Origin: Amphiscolops sp. MND2022
Taxonomy: Eukaryota
Direction of reading: 5' to 3'
DNA length: 64,000 bases
Assembly: GCA_964187785.1 (NCBI GenBank)
Contig: OZ076410.1
Span: 24,924,001-24,988,000 of the forward strand
Under the pieces are notes generated by a model that had not been told where the DNA came from, searched no databases, and saw nothing but the letters and a program-made list of their open reading frames with translations. Position 1 is the first letter of the stretch; each line of letters starts with the position of its first letter. Shown one piece after another: positions 1 through 10,522 of this stretch. A program made the translations under genes and the position numbers.

Positions 1-110
1 AGATTCTTTCTGTTTATTCTCCTGCTGTTATGTCTTTGTAATGTTTTTGCTGTAATGTAATTTGAGAACTTCCTGAGCCTACAAGATCTCCAATTTTTTC
101 TTACATTTAG

Positions 111-1845
111 GTTAATTCTTGGAATCTCAAACGATCGCAGCTCAGATTTCCCGTCACTCATGCCACTGTTTCTGGGATCAGACGACACGTTTCTACCTAC
201 AACAGTCGATCCAAAATCTGGATACCGAAGCAATGTTCCAGTTCCTTTCCGCACTGACCTACCTGCGACGTCTCTCGTAAGCTACGACGACATACGATGC
301 GTTTGCCCTGATGTAACGCATATGATAACAAGATGTGTCGAAAATGACCTGAAAAAAATTGCACAGAAGCTTGTTGATGACAAGCATCCCAAAGAGAAAG
401 AGTCACTTGCGCGTTTGGAAGAAAATTTGACCAAACGAGATGTGAAAAAACCGCACTTCCAGTTCGATACGACTACCAAATCTGGACAGAAGGTGAAGAC
501 TGTCGGTGCGGTGTCACTTTCTGGGTCGGGAGCACTTACAGCAATTGCCGACAAAAAAGAGTTTGCTGATATGATTCCGGACATGACAAACTTATTCGAA
601 GGTGTATGGAAAGACGAAGAAATATTAATTGGAAGCAATGACAATGAAAACTCCGTCAAGGTGCTGAAACAGATGTATCCGTCATTGTTTTCGAAACCAA
701 ATCCCACGAAGAATGAAAACTATGGGTACATGTCTATTTCAGATGCAGCTGAGCTGTTGAGGGAAAGCCTCAACATGTGCACTATTCTTTTGCGCAGTTC
801 ACGGACCGGTCTTGACATTACAAGTTTCACCAAGTGGTCAGAGACGTATTATCAAGTCTCAATTTTACTTTTTGGCAAAGATAAAGGACTTACGCCTTAC
901 AAGCTGAAGATGCTACTTTATCCACAACTAATTGAAAGCGGACATATTATAACTCCTTGGAATCATATGTGCGAGGGTTTGGAGAAGTCTAACCATAATG
1001 CAAACAAAGCATTCCAGAGCAAGACGATGAGAGGCGGAGGAAAGCAGTCAACCCAGGACCCCCTTTTTTTCGAGCTTCAATTTTCCTTGCTGAAGCTATT
1101 CAGGAAACAATCCCTTAAAGCAAAACAAGTTTCAATTAACGATTTCCTATCGAAAGCCCGAGGAATTGTTGGCATCGCCAATCAATCTGACGAAGAATCG
1201 AAGACTTACAATGATATTTACCTGCAGCCTGTTTCGTGCGCTTCGATTGCTGTCGGTGAGACACGGAACAAGAAAAACCGATTTTTGGGATTGTACTTTT
1301 TTGTAGTGGGTAACTTTGGTTCAAAGAAAAATGAAGATGTCCAAAATGCGATAACAGAGATGGGCGGAACAGTTTGCACCAAAGCAAGTGCTGAAACATT
1401 GTTATTTTCGCACTCAACTTGTCCAAACTGCTTTGTTGTTATGAAGGACGAAAAAGAATTGAGGAAGTCGACGGATACTCTCAAAGAATCAACGAACGAT
1501 AAAGAGTTGATGGACGTGCCAAAGAAGTCTGTATCGGAAAATGCGGCAACTCCAACAGGACTTCTATGTCGCAAATTTGCTGGAGGAGATTGGAAATTCA
1601 TTCACATTTCGTTTGTTTTTGATTCGTTAGAATCAGATCGCATCCTGGATCCGAAAAAGTACGAAATGTTACCCGGACCAAACGTCAAGAAATTGCAAGT
1701 TAAAGATGTTCGCCCTTTGTTAGCGACGCAGTGCAGTGAACAAGGTCAAAAAGTTTCTGCTATCTCAGCCCTGAAGAGCCACAGAAACAAAAGAAAGATC
1801 GAAGAGGAAAAAGCAGCGGATACTGAGGAAACATTATCAACATGA
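111..1845 (+). CDS. RAG1/Transib-like DDE transposase C-terminal half fused to a BRCT-like domain (5' part probably in an upstream exon outside the window)
   Basis: Uninterrupted 561-aa ORF (160-1845) that stays open upstream to a likely splice acceptor (ttttttcttacatttAG at 109-110). CPDVTHMITRC aligns with RAG1 SIDALHCDIG; LTPYKLKMLLYPQLIE with ITNYFHKTLAHVPEIIE; MCEGLEKSNH with ASEGNESGNK (catalytic Glu). The C-terminus has a BRCT-like pattern: FLGLYFFVVGNF...ITEMGGTV...WKFIHISFVFDSLESDRILDPKKY. Confidence 0.6.
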
Positions 1846-2042
1846 ACCTAATTTCGTATGTTTCTTTTTGTTAGTTGTGTAAATGTTCGTTTTCACAACA
1901 TTTTTGTATATTTTGTTCTGTTCAATTGAGTTGTTCACGTACAAACTTATGTCGTTCTTCTTGAAAAGTTGTTGAGGGCAAAATCATGGTTTTTCTGAGT
2001 ATTTGATATGGGAGAGGTCGGTTTCTGCTAGTCGGAAAAAAT

Positions 2043-2455
2043 TGGAGCATTAAACAGTGAATTCCGCTGTTAGCGAGTGTTGCGCTTCACAATTATTGTC
2101 TTCCAAAATCGCAGTGCAGAATTTAGGGACCTATGTTAATACATGTACAGCGGAATCCGCAGGCGAATGTTAATACATTGCGATTTCGGTTTCCTGTACC
2201 ATACCTCAAGAGAATATCCAAATAGGCTTAGTAGCATAAAACAGTGGATTCCGTGGTTAGCGAAAGTGTTGCGCCTCATAACAGCGGAACCCGCTGTTTT
2301 GTATTACAGATTGATGCCTTCCAAAAACGCTGTGCGGAATTTAAGGACAGATAGTAATACATGCACAGCGGAATCCGCAGACGAATGCTAATACATTGCG
2401 ATTTCGATTTCCTGTACCATACCTTAGGAAAATATCCAAATCTACGTAGCAGTTT
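2043..2455 (+). repeat. Tandem array (about 2 units) of a 218-bp palindrome-rich repeat
   Basis: cagcggaatccgcag recurs at 2148 and 2366 (218 bp apart). The unit contains several CAGCGG-N3-CCGCTG-like palindromes. Confidence 0.9.
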
Positions 2456-2577
2456 GAAATCTGCCTAATAGCTGAGAAATTCATAAAATTATACTAATAT
2501 CATCAATTCTCTATCTAATGTATGTTCAATAAAAATCAGTAAAATTAAAAATTTGAAAAATTATTGAAAAGTTCTCA

Positions 2578-5500
2578 TCAGAATCTTCTTTGATGGGAAG
2601 TCCCGGGGGACCCCGAAGGCACTGGGATGTCACAGGAACGCCAGCTAGACATCTGTTCGAATGTAACTCCAAACTAGAAACAAAATTCCTCCATAATGAA
2701 TAGAAACACATATTTTGTTTCACCGACAAGCAACAGGCAAAAAAACAAAAAACTTCTAGTCAGGCAAAGTCAAAAAGTATTATGAAAGTTTGCATGAGAA
2801 TTGCATACTTTCTGGCAAACGGTGTCAATGGAAATTTCGACAGTATGACATTTCGTCTTCTGCACAATTAATGCAGATGTAACTCCATACTAGAAACAAA
2901 ATTCCTCCGTAATAAATAGAAACAAATATTTTGTTTCACCGACAAGCAAAAGGCAAAAAAAAACAAAAACAAAATGCAAAAAACTTCTAGCTAGACAAAG
3001 TCAAAATGTATTATGAAAGTTTGCATGAAAATTACATACTTTCTGGCAAACTGTGGCAATGGAATTTTCAACAGTGTGGCAATTCGTCTTCTGCACTATC
3101 ATAGCAGCGTTGAACAGCTGTTGCTTTTCAAGCTTGCCCACGCATGCAGACGAACTAAAATACAACAACCTCTGTGTTTAGGAATATGATTGTTTCATAA
3201 TTATTTCAAACAGACTATATACAAAACTACATGTATCATGAAAAGTGATTTTATAATTTAAAAAATAATAATGTACCTCATCAAACTCGCAATGTGCGTG
3301 AACAAAAGTCGGGGAAAGTGGGGATAACATTGATCGTAGGGGTCATGCCGGTACCGCTCTTCAGAAAACTCTTCTGCAGCTTTCTTCACGTGCAGGCGGT
3401 GAATGAAGTTGACTCCCAGAGCAACTGACATGCCGAAAGTCTCCACCGCGTGGATCATCTTCGAAGGAAGAATCAGCGCCTGTCCCTCGAAGAGAGTGAC
3501 TTTTGCGCAGCCGCCCATGTCAAGCTCTTCATGGGTGCCAAAAAAGAGGTCTCTTCTAAACAATCAATAACAGTAATAAATTTGTCCCGGTTATCAGTCT
3601 TACATGCATAACAGAGAGAAAAGCACTGTGTAGTGTAAGTATAAACAATTTTACTTGCCTGGGGAGATTCTTGAACGCCTTGAACAAGTCAACGTTTCTG
3701 GCAGTGGGCCTCACAACATGAAAAACTTTAACTCATGTAACAATAGTCCGTCAACCACCAAACACTTGACTTATTTAAAAAAAACACGATTTTCATTTTA
3801 CTTGTACTAAAACCTGTTACCAACCTTTGGCCAGATAATACAAGACACTTGTGGATGAAAAATCCTGGTGGAACCTCGTGATTGCGCCATTTTGTGAAAT
3901 CAGCAAATAATTCGATTCACGCACTGGACGCAATTCTTCAGGTGTCTGTTCCCAGTTCATGTGCCCAAGGGAAACCTCGTCTAGAAAGCTAGGCTTCTTG
4001 AAAGAGGCTCCTGGGCACTTGTTTGCCTCGGCATCGATGACGTTGAAGAATTTGGGGGGGTCACTCTCCATCATCTCGGTAACTCTGTTACCTGGCACAA
4101 CTTTCTTCTCTTCCTAAATAATAAATATCAGGTCAGGTACATGTATTCTCGAATTTATAACAGAGAACAAAATTGTTGTTTGTATCTCTTTTAGCAGTTC
4201 CATTGACTCTCCTAACCTCGAACTTCGTCGTCAAATAACGAAGTGTTACGGGGTTGCCAGTGTAATTCTGCATCATTTGTTGAACAGACGACATTCGGCA
4301 CATCTTCTCTCTGGTTAGCTTCGTGTTGAAGCCGGGGATGGCCAAACCGTCACGGATGACGAAGACATATTCCCCGTCCAAAAAAGCAGGGTCTGACAGC
4401 AGTTCTGGTGTGACTTCTCCTGCTGTTATGTCACGCCGCATCGAGGTAGCATTTGGAATCTAAATTTACTCCATGTTACATTACACAGAAGTCAAAACCT
4501 TATTCGTCAATCCAGAGATTTATATCTAGAGAAAAGACCTAATTCTTAAAACCAGAGATTTAAGTCTAAAGAAGATATCTTATTCGTGAATCCAGAGACT
4601 CAAAACCGATTAGATCTAGAGTCCGGAGAAGAGATTGCATTCTAAGATCCTGAGAAGAGATCTCATTCTTAAATCCAGAGAAGTTCTTACTTGACTCATA
4701 AGGTCACGTAGTTCCCAGATGCTAGCGAACGATTTCATGAGGTTCGTGTTCGTCATGTTCATCCTTCGCATGGTAAGCGTACATCTGGTCAGGTTTGGAA
4801 GTGTCGCTGGCATTCGTGATACACTCTTGTGCAAACGTCGTCGTTTCTGTTGCCACTTTTCCTAAAGCATTATCGGTTTTAGAAGTTTAAATCCCTCCAA
4901 ACCATTATGCTTTTGAAACTAGAAATCCATAAAAATTACACATCCCGAAAAATATTACATGAAACATGAAACAGTCATTCAAAAAAATACATACACATTT
5001 GGGCTCTTCAACTTGAATGTGGTTGACTTCTGCAATCTTGAAGGCTTCCAAAGCTACCATGGAAGCGATTGCCTCTTCTTCTCGCTTGTCCTCCAGAAGA
5101 ACAACAGACTCTTCCACAATAACTTCTTCTGCCTCTGTTGCAAAATGGAGGGTGGAAGAGGAGGAAACAGGCTCAGGCTCCACAAGACTGCTGATTTCCG
5201 GAACCTGTTCAAAAATAAATCATTTGAACTCAAAAATGTGAATCATTCAAAATCAAACAGAACCTATGACTTAATTCTTATTCATGCCCATAAGCTACGT
5301 TTTTATTAAATTTATTTGTTTGATTGAATTACCTCCCACCAGGGTGGTGAAGTCGATGTCGCACTGGTTTCTCGGACTTGGACTTCTCGTTTAACCAACT
5401 TAGATGGTGGCGGTTGGTTAAAGAACTTCCTCGTCCTCCCTTCTGCCGAGAAGGCCTTCTTGCAGCCCGGGTAGGTGTCTCTTACGAGAACAAAGTTTTC

Positions 5501-5761
5501 CAGTGTGGGCTCCAGTAATTTGGCCCGATCTTCCGCTGTTAGTTCATTTCGAGCATTCCAGCATCGGAGTGTCAGCACATGATCAGCAGTCTGCTGCACG
5601 TCCTTGAAGAAGGAGCCATCTGTAGGAGAGCCACAAAACATGCACTTCATTCTTGTGCTGCGCGTCTGCTCTCTTTTACCGCAACTCTGATTCATGTGCC
5701 GGGTTAGATTACCCTTATTTGAGAGGGTCAGTTGGCACGTGGGGCATTGAAATTGGGGCAT
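2578..5761 (-). CDS. Zinc finger (C2H2/C2HC) plus JmjC histone demethylase-like protein, KDM2/KDM7 (JHDM1)-type; 10 exons, about 661 aa
   Basis: Hand-assembled, phase-consistent exons with no internal stop: 5761-5333, 5204-4995, 4861-4691, 4459-4217, 4113-3825, 3731-3659, 3555-3277, 3154-3040, 2889-2809, 2673-2578. JmjC motifs: NYLLISQNGAITRFHQDFSSTSVLYY, KVFHVVRPT, DLFFG, GQALILPSKMIHAVET, LGVNFIH. N-terminal fingers: CPTC-x12-H-x4-C and CMFC-x17-H-x5-C. An acceptor at about 5777 suggests a further upstream exon. Confidence 0.85.
2662..3095. repeat. About 216-bp tandem duplication corresponding to duplicated exon plus intron units of the JmjC gene
   Basis: tgtaactcca...tagaaacaaaattcctcc occurs at 2662 and 2878. 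On the minus strand each unit carries a TTTCTAG acceptor and a CAGAAA|GTATG donor. Confidence 0.85.
4498..4682. repeat. Degenerate short (about 40-bp) intronic tandem repeat
   Basis: Recurring cttattcgt(c/g)aatccagaga and attcttaaa(a/t)ccagag motifs inside JmjC intron 3. Confidence 0.6.
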
Positions 5762-6439
5762 ATTTCCAGAGAGAACCTTCAAACAAAAAAATTTTAGGCC
5801 AAATACAATTTCCTACAATCAATGTCTTAATTGCAGAGGTTGGAAAATAAATACTTCAATAGCATTTGATCTTAGTTTTCAAGAGATTACAGATACTTTT
5901 CCTAAATCCAGAGGTAAGCATCAGTCTTACATGCCGCGCGTGCTGTTGCTTTTCCTACTTCCAGAGATATGCATCAGTCATACATGCAATCATGACACAA
6001 TGCACAAGTTAGTAGGCAGATGTTGCAATCGCAAATGTCCAACGGAAACTGTTACTGAAGCAACTTTACGTGATATTTACTTTATTCGATTTGATCTCAC
6101 TGCACCAACTGCGCCTGAGCATACTGTATTCTCGTTAGATGAAAGTTTCAAACTCTAAATGACATTTCTCTGGGTTTCGGAATGAGCGACTGCTCCCAAG
6201 TACCCTGCGACGACTCCCCAGCCACCTTGGAGGAACGGATCACAAAAGCTTCAGTAGACTAGTTTAGGCACTTTTATAGGCGCTTATAAGACAACTACAG
6301 ACATATAGACACTGATAGAATCTTAAGAGATTCTACTTGACTTCTAGTTAATTAGGATTTCAACCTGGGAAATTTGAGATTACTGGTCCCAAAATGCATT
6401 TTCAAGAGAGGGTTCAAAAAAAATAAAATTCCCAAACAC

Positions 6440-7080
6440 AGTTTCATGCTACTGAGCAGATTTGGATATTTTCTTGAGGTCTGGTACATGAAATGGAAAT
6501 CGCAATGTATTAACATTTGCCTGCGGATTCCGCTGTACATGTATTAACATAGGTCCCTAAATTCCGCACTGCGATTTTGGAAGGCATCAATCTGGAATAC
6601 AAAACAGCGGGTTCCGCTGTTATGAGGCGCATCACTCTCGCTAACCACGGAATCCACTGTTTTATGCTACTAAGCATATTTGGATGTTTTCTTGAGGTAT
6701 GGTACAGGAAATCGAAATCGCAATGTATTAACATTCGCCTGCGGATTCCGCTGTACATGTATTAACATAGGTCCCTAAATTCCGCACTGCGATTTTGGAA
6801 GGCATCAATCTGGAATACAAAACAGCGGGTTCCGCTGTTATGAGGCGCATCCCTCTCGCTAACCACGGAATCCACTGTTTTATGCTACTAAGCATTTTTG
6901 AAAATTTTCTTCAGGTATTGTACAGGAAACTTAAATGGCAATGTATTAACATTTGTCTGAGGATTCCGCTGTACATGTAATAAAATTTGTCCTTAAATTC
7001 CGCACTGTTTCTTTGGGAGGCAATAATATGGAGTATAAAACATTTTGTTGTTATGAGGAAAAAATCGTTTGGTGCTCAAT
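6440..7080 (-). repeat. Inverted tandem array (about 3 units) of the same 218-bp repeat
   Basis: gtattaacataggtccctaaattccgcact occurs at 6541 and 6759. It is the reverse complement of the 2043-2455 unit; the same short spurious ORFs (MYSGIRR..., MEGINLEYK...) recur. Confidence 0.9.
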
Positions 7081-7293
7081 GTTGTTCTAGATTGTGTAAC
7101 ATAGATTGTATTTCATTGTTATAGATAGGGTTTTATTCATATGAGTGTCATTCGGCCAATCCAAGATACATGTGTTTCACGCATTCATCTTTCAAGTCCT
7201 GATGAAAACTTGTCGGGCATTCTTTCGGGCCAAAGAACGAACAATGAGAAAAAGTGCTGATGACTCAAGTCAAATGATATATGAGGTGTGGTT

Positions 7294-7452
7294 TTAACAC
7301 TTCCAAATGATTAAGAACCGCATCAGGCGCTGCCAAAAATTATAATAGAAATAATTATAAAATTATAATCATTATAATTATATAATTACAGTTATTTTCA
7401 TTGGCAGCGTCTGATGAGGCTTTTTTTTAATTTGTCAAAGTGGAAGTGTTAA
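7294..7452. mobile_element. Small foldback MITE with TTAA flanks (piggyBac-like target duplication)
   Basis: TTAA-CACTTCCA...TGGAAGTG-TTAA, with inner arms catcaggcgctgccaa / ttggcagcgtctgatg around an AT-rich spacer. Confidence 0.6.
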
Positions 7453-7604
7453 ATTACTATGGTAGCAATCAGCAGTTAAGTAATTAGCAGTTTCAGTAGT
7501 ATTATAATACTATTCATAATACTATTCATAATATTATAATTTTGATCTACTAGGAATCAGTCAATTTGAATTGTACATCGTTCTATTTCTCGAAAAAACC
7601 TACA

Positions 7605-9570
7605 ATGTCTCTGCAAACGCATCAAATTCAGTCACAACCATTAGAAGATCTTGGAAATTTGACAGAACTTCAATCGCCTCAACTAGTTACCTCAACGCCA
7701 GTGCAACCCGAGACGTTTACACTTACACTACCTCCTCCTCCAGTTCCATCATTAACCCCTCTCTCACGATCGCATGAATATTTGACTACCCCTACCGGAA
7801 AGAGTCCGGCTGCAGTTCGACAATATTCACAACCGTCATATTTTGATTGGAATCAATCGCAATGGCTCAACATGGATGGAATTTCGCACGAACTTCCTCC
7901 GAACATGTTTGGTGAAATTCTTCCACCACCTGAACACTCGCCGGACCTTTTTCTTCCTCCGCTTGAAGCTTCGTCGACTGAGCAGCTTGAAGAAAGCCGG
8001 AAAAGAGCAACTAGCTCTGCAACAATTGATATTCCGGAGGTCAGTTTTTGAATTTCAATTGAAAATTTCAAACTGAAGCGGGAGATTTTCACCTTCTAGA
8101 ACCACATAGAGCACGAAAACAAATTTGTTCATCATAACAGCGGAATCCGCTGTCTTATGTTTCATATCATTGACTTCCAAAAGAGCGTTGCGGAATTTAG
8201 GGGCAAATGTTAACACATGTGCAGCGGAATCCGCAGACAAATGCCAAAACATTGTGATTTCAGTTTTCGGTACCATACCTCAAGAAAATTTCCAGCTGCC
8301 GCCTTGGCTGAGCGGTGACGGATTTCCATTTTCTTTCAGCTTTACTTTCAAGAAAAAAACTCTCAAGAAAAACTTCATATTTCCCAGATTTTAAAATTCA
8401 TTTTGTGTTTGAATTTGAAAACCAATTTGCATATGAATTTGTGATTGAACTTGTTGAGTATTATTTGACTTTCATTCTAATTTTTGAAGTTGTTTTTGAA
8501 ATTTGTATTCAATATATTTAGAAAATATCGAAGACTTCTATCAGGGTTACTTGTGGCGAGACGACTGAAGAAGAACTTGAGATAGCCATCAGGGACATTG
8601 TAGAGCAGTACAAGAAAACGGAAGCTCTGACACAAAAGCAAAGAACAATGCTCTTTCGTGCTTTGGCGTGTTTCCTCTCAAAGCATGCATCACCACCAAT
8701 GATGGACAAAGGTATCATAGAGCTGACAGTGCATGCTGTTACACAGGCCATCGTTTCCTTACAAGAGGACACAGACGATGAAACAGCAGTTGCAGCAGGA
8801 ATCACAATCTATGTTGAGCCTGCTGAATTTTCTCCGATAAGATCGTCGCACACTGTTCCTCGATGGGTAGTGGACGGTTTGAAAACATACTACTGGAGGC
8901 AAGACCGCACTTCCTGCCAAAAGAAGGTCTTGATGTTTTCACCAGGGTTTTCGCAGATGACGAAAGAACAGTGAGAACTTACCGCTTTTTCGTCAATTCC
9001 AATGGCTCAACCCATTTCAAAGTGCGCCAACTATGCGACCAGTTCAAAGACACGGTAAAAACTTAAACTTCAATCTAGAAACACCTAAATTGCTTCAAAT
9101 GTTTCCAGGGTTTACCTAAGTTTGCGTATTTTAGCTTCAGCAGCACATCGATAACCCTCATGAGACCACCCTAGAAAGACATGTTGCGAGTTTTCTGCCG
9201 TTTCGAAGCGATCCAGGTTTCACCATTGGCAAACAGAAGCAAGTAATCAATCAGGTTTTGTTCTTTTTCGTTTGGTAATAAAATATTGACTTTCTAAGCT
9301 TTCGCTTTCAACAAAGGAATGGAAATTCTTTTTTAGGTGAAAAGTCAGACAGAAAAGTATTCCCACAAAGAGGTTTCCAAGGCAGTGAAACACAGACTTG
9401 ACCAATTACGGTACCATCGGCAAACAATTAGAGCGCAACATTGGATCAAGAACAATGGTTGGTTACTGCCAAACTGCAGTGATATGGAGCAGCGCCTGAA
9501 CACCTTTTATGCGAGGATGGGCTGGGACAAATGCGACATCAAGAAAACGATGACTATAGCTTTAAAACAG
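7605..9570 (+). pseudogene. Spliced gene of unknown function, probably disrupted
   Basis: Pro/Ser/Gln-rich first exon ends at GAG|GTCAGT (about 8039). An in-phase acceptor at about 8521 opens KISKTSIRVTCGE... There is an apparent frameshift in a T-run near 8828 (continuing FSDKIVAHCSSMGSGRFENILLEARPHF), a possible in-frame TAG near 9172, and a last visible exon 9337-9570 ending CAG|GTTAGG. Confidence 0.5.
8130..8295 (+). repeat. Third, partial copy of the 218-bp repeat (intronic)
   Basis: cataacagcggaatccgctg...gcggaatttagg...cagcggaatccgcagac...gtaccatacctcaaga matches the unit at 2277-2430. Confidence 0.85.
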
Positions 9571-10322
9571 GTTAGGTTGGGTTACGTCGCGTTCGAGTTT
9601 TTTAGATTGCAGTGTATTAGATTACGGTAAAATTTCCCAATGGCACAAATCGAAAATCGAATGGGGCAAAAAAATCAATTGTTTTGGTGCCATAGGGTAA
9701 GCAACTAAAGAAGTGTTTTGCCTGTCTGGAGCTGCCCAATGCTAAGTGATCGATGGTTATTAGAAAAAATCATTGCGTTTGGATGCTTTGTGTTTTGTAT
9801 AGATGAAGAGCACATCATCACGGACCAGTATAAGCAGGCCTCAGTTCAATCCAATCATCTGCAAAGGAGACAGGTTGTCATACGAAAACCAGATGAGTTT
9901 AAAAGACCGAATTGACAACCATCGTTTCCTTACAAGAGGACACAGACGATGAAACAGCAGTTGCAGCAGGAATCACAATCTTGGGTTACGTTAGGTTAGG
10001 TTGGGTTACGTCGCGTTCGAGTTTTTTAGATTGCAGTGTATTAGATTACGGTAAAATTTCCCAATGGCACAAATCGAAAATCGAATGGGGCAAAAAAATC
10101 AATTGTTTTGGTGCCATAGGGTAAGCAACTAAAGAAGTGTTTTGCCTGTCTGGAGCTGCCCAATGCTAAGTGATCGATGGTTATTAGAAAAAATCATTGC
10201 GTTTGGATGCTTTGTGTTTTGTATAGATGAAGAGCACATCATCACGGACCAGTATAAGCAGGCCTCAGTTCAATCCAATCATCTGCAAAGGAGACAGGTT
10301 GTCATACGAAAACCAGATGAGT
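9571..10322 (+). repeat. Identical direct duplication of about 330 bp next to the gap, with a 63-bp piece of the upstream exon between the copies
   Basis: 9571-9898 equals 9995-10322, and 9918-9980 equals 8748-8810. Confidence 0.85.
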
Positions 10323-10522
10323 NNNNNNNNNNNNNNNNNNNNNNNNNNNNNNNNNNNNNNNNNNNNNNNNNNNNNNNNNNNNNNNNNNNNNNNNNNNNNN
10401 NNNNNNNNNNNNNNNNNNNNNNNNNNNNNNNNNNNNNNNNNNNNNNNNNNNNNNNNNNNNNNNNNNNNNNNNNNNNNNNNNNNNNNNNNNNNNNNNNNNN
10501 NNNNNNNNNNNNNNNNNNNNNN
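10323..10522. other. Assembly gap (200 N)
   Basis: Run of n characters. Confidence 1.

Noticed and set aside
17-34. Exact 18-bp match (ttctcctgctgttatgtc) to 4415-4432 in a JmjC exon
   Set aside because: It does not extend on either side; a single match of this length in 64 kb is plausibly chance.
3624-3630. RSS heptamer CACTGTG near the RAG1-like gene, and AACAGTG in the 218-bp unit
   Set aside because: No nonamer at 12/23 spacing; a 7-mer is expected several times by chance.
2043-7080. 218-bp arrays as a CRISPR-like array
   Set aside because: Whole units repeat with no unique spacers, the context is eukaryotic and no cas genes are present.
9985-10010. TTAGG telomere-like repeats
   Set aside because: Only 2-3 imperfect units, overlapping an intron donor and a junction insert.
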